From a virus: a stretch of DNA of 59,296 nt. The position numbers and the translations under genes were made by a program. Below are positions 42,065 to 50,913 of this stretch, piece after piece. The DNA is taken from IMG/VR virus record IMGVR_UViG_3300044552_000050, positions 1-59,296 of that record; one strand, 5' to 3'. Every line of letters starts with the position of its first letter. Position 1 is the stretch's first letter. The notes beneath the pieces were generated by a model, which was given only the letters and a program-made list of their open reading frames with translations, did no database searches and was not told the origin of the DNA.

Positions 42065-44541
42065 TGGCGAAAATTCCCGATAAACTGAATGAATTTATCG
42101 ACACGTATTTGAAATTCGGTTTTTCGCTTATTTGGCTGGCTGAAAAAAGCAAACTCCCCATTGAACGGGATTGGACTCAGAAACCGCGTAAAACTCGTGA
42201 AATGCTTGAAACCAGTTATCGAAAAGGTTTCAACATTGCTGTTCGACTCGGACAACATTCATATTCATCCGAGTTTGACGGATATCTTCACGGTATTGAC
42301 CTTGATATACGTGATGAAGCCTACTCAGAAGAAGCGCACGAAGCATTGAGTGCAGCATTTCCCGGTATTGACTTCGACACGCTATGGACCGTGAAATCAG
42401 GCTCAGGTGGCCCAAGCGTCCATTACTATTTTTACGCGAAAAGTCAGTTTGCCACGCGCAAAATAGACAAGTCAGAGGTGAAGATTGTCGGTGAGGACGG
42501 CAAACAACACCGGGCGTGGGAAATTGACCTTGGCGGAACAGGTAAGCAGTTCGTACTTCCGCCATCCATCCATCCTGTCACCGGCAATCCTTACCGTTGG
42601 CTGAACGCGCCCGATCTGGACTTGATTGAACTCGGCTTTGCCGAAGCGCCATTCATTTCTGACGACCTGCTTGAACAGTATTCGGATGCAGAGGTTATTG
42701 AAGGGGGCAAGAGCGCGGTACGCGCGCCGTTGGATTACGCGCCCGGCCAGTTGGAGCGCGAACTGAAAGAATTGCCTGTCTCATTTCTGGACGACTACGA
42801 CCAGGTGGTGATGCTCGGCCAAGCCCTGCACCACCAGACGGAAGGCAGCGAGGACGGCTATCGTCTGTGGCTGGAAACCCGCAAGCGGTCAGAACGCTGG
42901 CAGGATGGTGTTGGCGACCAGGGCGAACGCGAGTGGCGCAGGAAGTGGGCCAAGTTCGGAAAGAACGAGGGTCGCCGCCGTATCGTGACAATGGCGACTG
43001 TCCGCGCATGGTACATGGACAGTGTGCGCGATCGGCTTCTGGCCCGCATGGATGAAGAACTGGACGATGACGACCTGTTCGGGGAGTCCGGTCCATCGGA
43101 AAGTGAGGGTGATGACCTGTTCGGTGACGCGCCGCCGGTCGAGAGAAAGAAAAAGAAGCGTCCTGCTACGCTAAGTCAGTGCTTTCCGCGTACCCGTAGC
43201 CGTGAAGAAGCCCTGATCGACATGAACATCAGATACGCGGCTGTTTCGCTGAACGGGAAATTCCGTGTTGTCGCGTTTGACGGTAAAGGTCGCCTTGTCA
43301 TTTACACCAAGGATGACCTGCTCGCTTACGAATTGGCTAACAACATCGAAACCGTTGAAACTGACGATGACGGTAACGAAAAGACTGCCGTTATCAATGT
43401 TCCGAGGACATGGCTTTCGAGTGGTCTGCGGCGCACATATAACGGACTCGAGTTTAGGCCGGACCGACCACCAGCCAAGTTTGATGACGCACCCGGTATC
43501 GCGCTCAATATGTTCACCGGCTTTGCGTTGAAGCCTGCTAAAAAGACTGACTGCCCGATCATACTGGAATTCATCGAGAATATCATCTGCGCCAGCGACC
43601 CGGTGCTTTACAGCTATGTCATCCGCTGGTGCGCCCATCTGCTCCAGCGGCCCGGCGAGAAGCCCGGCGTGGCCTTGGTCATGCGCTCGGACGAAGGGAC
43701 GGGCAAAGGGTCGTTTATGAGCATCCTGAGCCGCATCATAGGCCGGGCGCACACCAAGAAATTGACACAGACCGACCATCTGACCGGGCGCTTCAACTCA
43801 TTCCTTGAAGTTGCCCTGCTGGTCTGCGCCGACGAAGCGTTTTGGGCCGGTTCCAAGGCTGCCGAAGGCCCGCTGAAGGCCAACATCACAGAAACTGAAC
43901 TGGAAATTGAGCGAAAAGGGCTGGACCCGTTCACCATCGACAACTTCAGCCGGTTTATCTTCGCCACGAACAACGATTGGGCTGTGCCAGCGTCCATCAA
44001 TGCCCGGCGCTGGTGTGTCAGCGATGTGTCGGAAAGCCGGATGGGCGACTTTGCCTATTATGAGCGGCTGCGTACTGCCATTGACGGCGAGGAATGCAGG
44101 CAGTTCATGCAATACCTGCTGAAACTGGACCTGACAGGCTTCAATGTCCGTAGCGTACCGGCCACTAAGGCGCTTGCAGGTCAGAAATTGCAGACGATGG
44201 AAGGCCATGTTGAAGGCATATGGCTGGAAATTCTGAAAGAAGGCGTATTGCCCGGTGTCGGCGGGGGTATGGACGACGAAAATGCAGATTGGAACGCGGG
44301 CGAGGTTCGTGTGCAGAAGAACGCTCTTGTGGCTGAAATTAACAGGCGCGCACGGGAAGATCACAACCGAAGGCGCGCGTTCAGCGATACTACCATCGGG
44401 GCAGTTCTGAAAAAGATGGTTCCAGACCTCACGACGGTACGGATTAGGTCTAACCCAAGGCAGTATGTTATCCCATCACTGCAAGAGTGCCGCGATAACT
44501 TCGACACTTTCATAAAATCGAAAATCGGTTGGGACGAATGA
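42064..44541 (+). CDS. Primase-helicase (Prim-Pol N-terminus plus P4/D5-type SF3 helicase)
   Basis: FSLIWLAEKSKLPIERDW plus DLD in the primase-polymerase part. Walker A SDEGTGKGS in the C-terminal half. 825 aa. Confidence 0.8.
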   Translation: MAKIPDKLNEFIDTYLKFGFSLIWLAEKSKLPIERDWTQKPRKTREMLETSYRKGFNIAVRLGQHSYSSEFDGYLHGIDLDIRDEAYSEEAHEALSAAFPGIDFDTLWTVKSGSGGPSVHYYFYAKSQFATRKIDKSEVKIVGEDGKQHRAWEIDLGGTGKQFVLPPSIHPVTGNPYRWLNAPDLDLIELGFAEAPFISDDLLEQYSDAEVIEGGKSAVRAPLDYAPGQLERELKELPVSFLDDYDQVVMLGQALHHQTEGSEDGYRLWLETRKRSERWQDGVGDQGEREWRRKWAKFGKNEGRRRIVTMATVRAWYMDSVRDRLLARMDEELDDDDLFGESGPSESEGDDLFGDAPPVERKKKKRPATLSQCFPRTRSREEALIDMNIRYAAVSLNGKFRVVAFDGKGRLVIYTKDDLLAYELANNIETVETDDDGNEKTAVINVPRTWLSSGLRRTYNGLEFRPDRPPAKFDDAPGIALNMFTGFALKPAKKTDCPIILEFIENIICASDPVLYSYVIRWCAHLLQRPGEKPGVALVMRSDEGTGKGSFMSILSRIIGRAHTKKLTQTDHLTGRFNSFLEVALLVCADEAFWAGSKAAEGPLKANITETELEIERKGLDPFTIDNFSRFIFATNNDWAVPASINARRWCVSDVSESRMGDFAYYERLRTAIDGEECRQFMQYLLKLDLTGFNVRSVPATKALAGQKLQTMEGHVEGIWLEILKEGVLPGVGGGMDDENADWNAGEVRVQKNALVAEINRRAREDHNRRRAFSDTTIGAVLKKMVPDLTTVRIRSNPRQYVIPSLQECRDNFDTFIKSKIGWDE

Positions 44542-44545
44542 AAAT

Positions 44546-44571
44546 GGGGGCGAAAGCCCCCTTTTTTTTTT
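44546..44571 (+). terminator. Rho-independent terminator after the primase-helicase gene
   Basis: GGGGGC-GAAA-GCCCCC followed by T10. Confidence 0.85.
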
Positions 44572-44578
44572 ATGCCTG

Positions 44579-44969
44579 CTATGGAGCATGTGGAGCCTGC
44601 TATGGAGCCTAAATACCTCAAAAAAGTGGCGGAAAACAGCCATTTTTTTTTAAGGCTCCATAGGCTCCACTGCTCCATAGCAATTTTCCCTTACTGCCAG
44701 CAATTACAGGAAAGCCTCTAAACTCCTTAAAACGGTTAACGGGGTTAACACGTCCTCGAACACCTAATTTTCTATGATATGGGAACAATTTGTCACACGA
44801 TAAAATGTTATGGAGCCTATGGAGCATATGGAGCCTACCATTATAGCCCCTTATATATATTTATATATATTCTCTTTATAATCAAAGAGTTATAATAAAA
44901 ATAAAGGGATAAAAATGGCTGAAAATCAGGCTCCATAGCAGGCTCCATAGCAGCCATTTGGCTCCATAG
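44579..44969. repeat. Iteron array with an AT-rich unwinding element; candidate origin of replication
   Basis: (C)TATGGAGC occurs forward at 44579, 44600, 44809, 44817 and 44826, and inverted (GCTCCATAG) at 44655, 44672, 44930, 44942 and 44961, plus variants at 44588 and 44664. An AT-rich tract with TA runs spans about 44836-44929. Confidence 0.75.
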
Positions 44970-44986
44970 CAGACCGTTGTTACAGA

Positions 44987-45015
44987 AAACCCCCGAACCA
45001 GATGGCCGGGGGTTT
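44987..45015 (+). terminator. Hairpin (terminator-like) between the origin and nrdA
   Basis: AAACCCCCG / CGGGGGTTT 9-bp stem, followed by CATTTT. Confidence 0.45.
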
Positions 45016-45242
45016 CATTTTCCGCTCAGACGGCGGTTGCAGCCAAAATCAGCAGCAGTTTTTCAAGTGGCAGACCTCGCCACGGCTTTCGTCGTTCGCG
45101 CAGCTTCCGCATGCTCAGACGTGCGGCCAATCTGACCCGGTATTTTTCTGCATCTATTGTTTCCATCACTACCCTTTTCCTATCGGCAGACTCGATCCTG
45201 CTAGTGTACTTCTAGCGTCCTTTTCCCTTTTTGGAGAATGAC

Positions 45243-47003
45243 GTGCGATACCGCATCCAAACTCACCCCGAACGTGACTCTCTGCTCACGCCGTTCGGGA
45301 AGGCCACCCTTGATAACCGATACCTGTTGCCGGGCGAAAGCTATCAAGACCTTTTCGCCCGCGTTGCATCCGCTGGCGCATCAAACGCTGAACACGCCAA
45401 GCGCCTGTATGATTACATCAGCCGTCATTGGTTCATGCCTGCCACGCCGGTACTGTCCAACCTCGGCACCACGCGCGGCCTGCCAATTTCGTGCTTCGTG
45501 AACGAGGCGCAGGACGACATGCGCGCCATTGTCGATCTGTGGAACGAAAATACATGGCTGGCCTCGAAAGGCGGCGGCATTGGTTCCTATTGGGGGAACC
45601 TGCGCTCCATTGGCGAGGCCGTAGGGACCAACGGCAAAACATCCGGTGTGATCCCGTTCATTCGTGTGCAGGACAGCCTGACGCTCGCAATCAGCCAGGG
45701 CAGCCTTCGGCGCGGTTCGGCTGCCGTGTACATGCCCATGTGGCACCCTGAGATTGAAGAATTCATCGAAATGCGGCGTCCGACCGGGGGCGACCCGAAC
45801 CGCAAGGCGCTGAACCTGCACCACGGCGTTGCCATCCCCGACGCCTTCATGCGCGCGGTGGAAGCTGACGAAGAATGGGCGCTGCGTTCACCCAAGGATG
45901 ATTCCATTGTCCGCAAGGTCAGCGCGCGCGGCCTGTGGATCAGGTTGCTGACCGCGCGCATGGAGCAGGGCGAACCCTACATTCTGTGGTTGGACGCAGT
46001 TAATGCTGCCGTGCCGTCCTTCCAGAAGGAAGTCGGTCTGTATGTGAAGACCTCTAACCTGTGTTCGGAAATCACGCTTCCGACCGGCAAGGACCAGTAC
46101 GGGTATGAACGCACGGCGGTCTGCTGTCTTTCGTCCCTGAACCTCGAAACTTGGGATCAGTGGTCGGACCATCCGTGGTTCATTCAGGACGTGATGGAAT
46201 TCCTCGACAACGTGTTGCAGGACTTCATTCTCCGCGCACCTGACGACTTCCGCAAGGCTCGGTACGCGGCGCAGCGCGAACGCTCGGTAGGCTTGGGCGT
46301 CATGGGCTTCCATTCCCTGCTCCAGCAGAAGGATGTGCCGTTTGAAAGCGCCATCGCTAAGTCGTGGAACCGGCGCGTGTTCAAGCACATCCGCCAGCGG
46401 GCCGATGGTGCGTCCTTGTATCTGGCTCAGAAGCGCGGTGCATGCCCTGACGCGGCTGACAGAGGGGTTATGGAGCGGTTCGCCAATAAACTCGCTGTGG
46501 CCCCTACAGCGTCCATTTCCATCATCGCAGGCACCACGTCGCCCGGCATCGACCCGATCATGGCGAACGTCACCCTTCAGAAGACGCTCGCAGGCTCGTT
46601 TACTGTACGCAACCGCCACCTGAAGGGTGTCTTGGCAGCGCACGGCATGGACAACGACGAAACATGGTCGTCCATCACGCTGACCAAGGGTAGCGTCCAG
46701 CACCTCGACTTCCTGACCGACCATGAGAAGGCCGTTTACAAGACCTCCTTTGAACTCGACCAGCGGTGGGTTGTCGAACATGCCGCCGACCGCGCGCCGT
46801 TTATCTGTCAGGCGGCAAGCACAAACCTGTTTATCCCTGCCGACGTGCACAAGCGTGACCTGCACCAGATTCACATGCTGGCGTGGAAGAAAGGCGTGAA
46901 GTCGCTTTATTACCTGCGCTCATTGTCGATCCAGCGCGCGGATACCGTCAGCCAGATTGTCGAAAAACCCATTCAGTATGATGAGTGCCTGTCATGTCAG
47001 TAA
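45243..47003 (+). CDS. nrdA: Ribonucleoside-diphosphate reductase alpha subunit (no ATP-cone)
   Basis: Active-site NLCSEITLP and C-terminal CLSC pair. A GTG at 45243 follows GGAG; the ORF track starts at a TTG, 45231. Confidence 0.9.
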   Translation: MRYRIQTHPERDSLLTPFGKATLDNRYLLPGESYQDLFARVASAGASNAEHAKRLYDYISRHWFMPATPVLSNLGTTRGLPISCFVNEAQDDMRAIVDLWNENTWLASKGGGIGSYWGNLRSIGEAVGTNGKTSGVIPFIRVQDSLTLAISQGSLRRGSAAVYMPMWHPEIEEFIEMRRPTGGDPNRKALNLHHGVAIPDAFMRAVEADEEWALRSPKDDSIVRKVSARGLWIRLLTARMEQGEPYILWLDAVNAAVPSFQKEVGLYVKTSNLCSEITLPTGKDQYGYERTAVCCLSSLNLETWDQWSDHPWFIQDVMEFLDNVLQDFILRAPDDFRKARYAAQRERSVGLGVMGFHSLLQQKDVPFESAIAKSWNRRVFKHIRQRADGASLYLAQKRGACPDAADRGVMERFANKLAVAPTASISIIAGTTSPGIDPIMANVTLQKTLAGSFTVRNRHLKGVLAAHGMDNDETWSSITLTKGSVQHLDFLTDHEKAVYKTSFELDQRWVVEHAADRAPFICQAASTNLFIPADVHKRDLHQIHMLAWKKGVKSLYYLRSLSIQRADTVSQIVEKPIQYDECLSCQ

Positions 47004-47971
47004 TTGAACACAACCTTCTTTCCGCTAATCCGATCTATAAGCCGTTCCGCTATCCGTGGGCGTATGATGCGTGGCTGACACAGCAGCGCGTTCATTGGTT
47101 GCCTGAAGAAGTGCCGCTTGCGGACGATGTGAAGGATTGGCACCGGAATCTGTCCGATGCAGAACGCCATCTGGTAACGCAGATATTCCGCTTTTTCACG
47201 CAGTCGGATGTGGAGGTGAATAACTGCTACATGAAACACTACAGTCGTGTATTCAAACCGACTGAAGTTCTCATGATGCTTTCGGCTTTCTCGAATATCG
47301 AGACAATCCATATCGCTGCCTACAGTCACCTGCTGGACACGCTTGGGATGCCGGAAACGGAATACTCCATGTTCCTGCAATACAAGGAAATGAAAGACAA
47401 GTTCGACTACATGCAGTCGTTCAATGTCGAGTCCAAGCACGAAATCGCTAAAACGCTCGCAGCGTTTGGCGCTTTCACTGAAGGTCTGCAACTGTTCGCA
47501 TCCTTCGCCATCCTGCTGAACTTCCCGCGCTTCAACAAACTCAAAGGCATGGGCCAGATCGTCACATGGTCGGTACGCGATGAAACGCTGCACTGCCAGT
47601 CGATCACCAAGCTATTTCGCACGTTCCTGGCTGAGAACCCTGAAATCGACACGCCTGAACTTCAGGCTGACATTGCGACCATCTATCAGGAAATCCTGTC
47701 TCACGAAGATGCGTTTATCGACCTCGCATTTGAAGCTGGCCCGGTCGAAGGTCTGGAACCGGCCAGTGTCAAACAGTACATCCGGTTTATCGGCAACCGT
47801 CGCATGGCCGGTCTTGGCTACGACGAACCACACCCTGAAATCCGCCAGAACCCGCTTCCGTGGATTGACGACATGCTGAACGCTGTCGAACACACCAACT
47901 TCTTTGAGAATCGTGCTACTGAGTACAGCAGGGCATCGACCACAGGGACTTGGGAAGAAGCGTTCGCATAA
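46994..47971 (+). CDS. nrdB: Ribonucleoside-diphosphate reductase beta subunit
   Basis: Ferritin-like ExxH (IETIHIAAYSHLL). Follows nrdA. ATG at 46994; the ORF track GTG is at 46985. Confidence 0.9.
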   Translation: MSVIEHNLLSANPIYKPFRYPWAYDAWLTQQRVHWLPEEVPLADDVKDWHRNLSDAERHLVTQIFRFFTQSDVEVNNCYMKHYSRVFKPTEVLMMLSAFSNIETIHIAAYSHLLDTLGMPETEYSMFLQYKEMKDKFDYMQSFNVESKHEIAKTLAAFGAFTEGLQLFASFAILLNFPRFNKLKGMGQIVTWSVRDETLHCQSITKLFRTFLAENPEIDTPELQADIATIYQEILSHEDAFIDLAFEAGPVEGLEPASVKQYIRFIGNRRMAGLGYDEPHPEIRQNPLPWIDDMLNAVEHTNFFENRATEYSRASTTGTWEEAFA

Positions 47972-47986
47972 TAGGAGATTACCAAA

Positions 47987-48385
47987 GTGACCATTACACC
48001 TAGCCAACTTTCAACGCTGCTCGCCATTCCCGGTGCAGCACAGCAACTCTGCGATGTTCTGAACGGCATCGCGTCCAGCCAGTCGGGCGGTACGGCGCTG
48101 ACCGCCGATGCCAGCGGCAACTATTCGACCACGGGCAATATCACCACGTCCGGCCAGATCGAGGCACAGACCCTCAAAGTCCTTGGTGCCGCGACATTTG
48201 AAGAAGGTCTGCCTGCTGCCACCAAGACGGTCGCGGGCGCGGTCAAAATGTGCAGCAACATAGGCGACCTCACACAGTCCACGGCAACCGATGTGACAAC
48301 ACTGGTGGCTGACCACAACAAGCTGGTCAATTCGTTCAACAACCTGCTCGGCTTTCTCACGCAGGCAGGCACAATGTCCACCTGA
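47987..48385 (+). CDS. Fibre-motif protein of unknown role
   Basis: LPAATKTVAGAVKM resembles LPAATASTLGGVKV in the tail fibre (4805..6502). C-terminus ADHNKLVNSFNNLLGFLTQAG. AGGAG RBS. Confidence 0.55.
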   Translation: MTITPSQLSTLLAIPGAAQQLCDVLNGIASSQSGGTALTADASGNYSTTGNITTSGQIEAQTLKVLGAATFEEGLPAATKTVAGAVKMCSNIGDLTQSTATDVTTLVADHNKLVNSFNNLLGFLTQAGTMST

Positions 48386-48410
48386 ACCACGAAACCATCT
48401 GCGTTTCGGA

Positions 48411-48432
48411 CCCCGCTTCGGCGGGGTTTTTT
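48411..48432 (+). terminator. Rho-independent terminator of the nrd operon
   Basis: CCCCGC-TTCG-GCGGGG followed by T6. Confidence 0.85.
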
Positions 48433-48656
48433 ATTGCCTGCGTTTTTCAGGATGGTCCCGAACCACTGACTTCCGGCAACTTGCGTTCAGGGAAATCCTG
48501 CGCGTGGGAATGTTATGTTATACTATAACACGATTATTATAGTGTTATTTTGAAATGGGTCCGACGTCGCGGCTCAGCGCTCCCCGCCCCACTGCACCCC
48601 GCCGGGAAGGACCCGCTGCACACGGTTTCGTGATGACGTGATGATATAACATAACA

Positions 48657-48800
48657 TATGCACGGATGAACCGACTCCGGTGATGCACGGATGAACCGAT
48701 GCACGACTCGCGCGATGCACTGACAATTCGACTCCAGCGATGCACGGATTAACGACGCAATCCCTAGATCAAGCGCATCCTATTGATGCACTGATGAACG
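48657..48800. repeat. GATGCAC(G/T)GA repeat array in a non-coding island
   Basis: ATGCACGGATGAACCGA is perfect at 48658 and 48683. CGACTCC(G/A)G(T/C)GATGCACGGAT occurs at 48672 and 48729. Further GATGCAC copies at 48698, 48714, 48739 and 48784. Confidence 0.8.
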
Positions 48801-48814
48801 CAGGCAATAAAAAA

Positions 48815-48840
48815 CCCGGCTCATAGGCCGGGCTGTTTTT
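48815..48840. terminator. Bidirectional hairpin terminator (ends the leftward ardA operon)
   Basis: CCCGGC-TCATAG-GCCGGG, with T-runs on both strands. Confidence 0.7.
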
Positions 48841-48865
48841 CGTGGTGTGTTGTTTGGTGCTGGCG

Positions 48866-49048
48866 TCATGCGATCCAGTGAAGCCGTTTTGCTATGAGCA
48901 ACAGCAACGCGGTCCAAACGCATGCACCGAATATGCGAACGCAGTAAACCACGCGCGCAATGGTAGGTGTGACAATGAATGGCTGGCCTTTGAATTTTGC
49001 CCTATCCATCCACCAATAGAACAACAGCAACGCTGCAAGTGTCATCAT
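48866..49048 (-). CDS. Small two-helix membrane protein
   Basis: MMTLAALLLFYWW...VWTALLLLIAK. Last gene of the leftward early operon. Confidence 0.5.
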   Translation of the reverse strand: MMTLAALLLFYWWMDRAKFKGQPFIVTPTIARVVYCVRIFGACVWTALLLLIAKRLHWIA

Positions 49049-49049
49049 G

Positions 49050-49319
49050 TCAGATACTCCGTGCTGAAATGTGCTGCAATTCGCGCCCTGAAAACGACAC
49101 AAGATATTGGGTGCCTTGCGCTGTTTCGATCTTCACCGAATACCCGCGTGACATGGCACATTTAACGGGTTGAGTCGCATGGGCTGTTGCAAGGTATTTT
49201 GCAGCATGGAAGGCCAACCAGCACGGGCTTGAAAACAGCCCATCTTCTGTTCCACCTTTCCAACCAGCTACAGCCGACTCAAGCAACACGCGGTCATTCT
49301 TGATCTTTGCAGTCATCAC
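49050..49319 (-). CDS. Hypothetical protein
   Basis: 89-aa ORF, tightly packed in the ardA operon. Confidence 0.5.
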   Translation of the reverse strand: MMTAKIKNDRVLLESAVAGWKGGTEDGLFSSPCWLAFHAAKYLATAHATQPVKCAMSRGYSVKIETAQGTQYLVSFSGRELQHISARSI

Positions 49320-49513
49320 ACGGACTCCGATTTATTGGCAGGAATTACCCAATTTCGTGGCGTGGGGTTTTTCTCCCACGAAGCGCGCACTATTTCTGGT
49401 AGTTCATCCCATGTTGAACGCAGGCAAGCCGTCACACCTTTATGCTTGTACGCTGGCATCCGTCTGCAATCTTCTTCATAGGCAATCTGGCCTGCTGTTT
49501 TATTCGTGCCCAT
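49316..49513 (-). CDS. Hypothetical protein
   Basis: 65-aa ORF with a 4-nt overlap to its neighbour. Confidence 0.5.
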   Translation of the reverse strand: MGTNKTAGQIAYEEDCRRMPAYKHKGVTACLRSTWDELPEIVRASWEKNPTPRNWVIPANKSESV

Positions 49514-49516
49514 GAC

Positions 49517-49876
49517 TCAACCCTCCATTTCCACTAGAGCGGCATCGTTCTGCCACATATGGAATTCGGCATTCCCGCAAACCTTGCTCAGTCTATCGCC
49601 TAGACCATCTGGCAGTCCTGTTTCATCCCAAAAGCCCGTCCCATGACCAACGGAGTCCAGGTAAACGCGGTTTCCCATGCGACTAGCGGAATAAACGGCA
49701 AGATACTCTTGCACGTCATCACCATTGGCGTTTGCTAGAAACCGCTCACATGCCGCGCGCGCTGTTGCGCTGGCAGAGTCCGCGAATTGCGCGTCATCAC
49801 TGATTCCGTTTGCTTCAAAGTCTGCCCATGCCGCGCATTCCAGAAACCCGGCAACCATATCTTCAAGAATAGACAT
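49517..49876 (-). CDS. Hypothetical acidic protein
   Basis: 119 aa. Conserved-looking GHGTGFWDE block. Confidence 0.55.
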   Translation of the reverse strand: MSILEDMVAGFLECAAWADFEANGISDDAQFADSASATARAACERFLANANGDDVQEYLAVYSASRMGNRVYLDSVGHGTGFWDETGLPDGLGDRLSKVCGNAEFHMWQNDAALVEMEG

Positions 49877-50115
49877 TATTCATTACCCCGAAAGAATGCT
49901 TGCGCCTGTGCGTAGGTAGCGCATGACCTACCGGACGCAGACGAAACAAAATTGTCGTTTCTGTCATAGTGGCCAGCACACGCGGTGAAAGCCTCCCCAT
50001 CTTTTCGAATAATGCCTATCTTACGGCCTTTAGAGTTACGCACTGTCCATACCGTGTATGGAATTTTGAATAACAGAGATACGCCTTCACGTTTCGTGTA
50101 TGTACGTTTTACCAT
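49876..50115 (-). CDS. Hypothetical protein
   Basis: 79-aa ORF in the ardA operon. Confidence 0.5.
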   Translation of the reverse strand: MVKRTYTKREGVSLLFKIPYTVWTVRNSKGRKIGIIRKDGEAFTACAGHYDRNDNFVSSASGRSCATYAQAQAFFRGNE

Positions 50116-50132
50116 TGTCTTAAATCCCTATA

Positions 50133-50705
50133 TCAAGCGTAAAACACTGCAATATCACCGCTAGGCAATTCGATTGTGTGCATATCCATTTTTAAATCAC
50201 GGGCGAATGCTTCATAGTCAAAGTAACGCGAAAGCCATTCAACTTCTTTAGTTTTACCGTAGCAGGCGATCTGTTCATCCGCTGTTTCTTCTGCATAGTC
50301 TTTGAATGATTCATAAATACCGCAAAAGTTATTTTCTAACGCATTCTTAGCGTTTTCCACGCTACCGTAATCATCCACAATGGCGCGCAAGTTGTCGGCA
50401 TCAATAGAGTCCTGTTCTTCTACCAATTCCATATATTCGGCAATGGCTTTAAGGCCGCTATATTCACCAAAGCATTTAGGCAAACCCTCCATATCGTGCA
50501 TCGCCCATTCTTCAGCAGATGGCACCTGCTTGCCTGTTTCCGGGCATTTCACCATCACATTCGGATAAGGTGATTTACGCAGCATCGCGTTTATTTCGTC
50601 CTGCATAACGTCCACGTCTGTATCGGCATCAATCCAGACACCATGCAAAACGCCGTTGTTATACGCAGCAAGGTCAGCAGCATAAAAACGAATTTCATCA
50701 GACAT
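50133..50705 (-). CDS. ardA: Anti-restriction protein ArdA
   Basis: FYAADLAAYNNGVLHGVWID, EEWAMHDMEGLP and YFDYEAFARDL parallel Tn916 ArdA (VYIANLGKYNEGELVGAWF, EEYAIHDYELPF, YIDYQAYGRDL). Confidence 0.9.
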   Translation of the reverse strand: MSDEIRFYAADLAAYNNGVLHGVWIDADTDVDVMQDEINAMLRKSPYPNVMVKCPETGKQVPSAEEWAMHDMEGLPKCFGEYSGLKAIAEYMELVEEQDSIDADNLRAIVDDYGSVENAKNALENNFCGIYESFKDYAEETADEQIACYGKTKEVEWLSRYFDYEAFARDLKMDMHTIELPSGDIAVFYA

Positions 50706-50740
50706 TGTTCAGCACCTAATTTGTTCGACTCTGTTTAGCG

Positions 50741-50759
50741 GATCACGTCCGCCGTGAGT
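50741..50759 (-). promoter_or_regulatory. ACTCAC-N7-GTGATC dyad, copy h
   Basis: Sense strand reads GGACTCACGGCGGACGTGATC, upstream of ardA. A further GGACTCAC at 50771 pairs with GTGAGTCC at 50754. Confidence 0.55.
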
Positions 50760-50827
50760 CCAGAAACCACGGACTCACGTTTTCAGTCAACACATAAAAA
50801 ACGAACAAAAAACACAACGGAATCAGG

Positions 50828-50883
50828 CACATACACACATATACGCACACGTACACGTATGCGCTCACGCGCGTATATACACA
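50828..50883. repeat. Alternating pyrimidine-purine tract
   Basis: 37 nt of strict Y-R alternation (50828-50864), then 18 nt more (50866-50883). Composed of CA/CG/TA steps. Confidence 0.8.
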
Positions 50884-50913
50884 GGCAATTTATCGCCTGA
50901 TAACAGCGACATA

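Noticed and set aside
44731-44750. GTTAAC-GGG-GTTAAC as a CtrA box (TTAA-N7-TTAA) in the origin region.
   Set aside because: The spacing between the TTAA half-sites is 5 nt, not 7.
44579-44969. Could the TATGGAGC repeat array be a CRISPR array?
   Set aside because: The repeats are only 8-9 bp, occur in both orientations, have irregular spacing and flank an AT-rich tract. That fits iterons, not CRISPR repeats.
45002-45241. 79-aa ORF in the nrdA leader, and a possible NrdR box or riboswitch there.
   Set aside because: The ORF begins inside the terminator hairpin and has no RBS. I could not recognise NrdR-box palindromes or a cobalamin-riboswitch core by eye. Only the CTAG-N7-CTAG element at 45201-45215 stands out.
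48545-48745. 66-aa minus-strand ORF inside the repeat-rich island.
   Set aside because: Its translation (MHRWSRIVSASRESCIGSSVHHRSRF...) is dominated by the repeat units read as codons. It has no RBS, and it lies beyond the terminator of the leftward operon.
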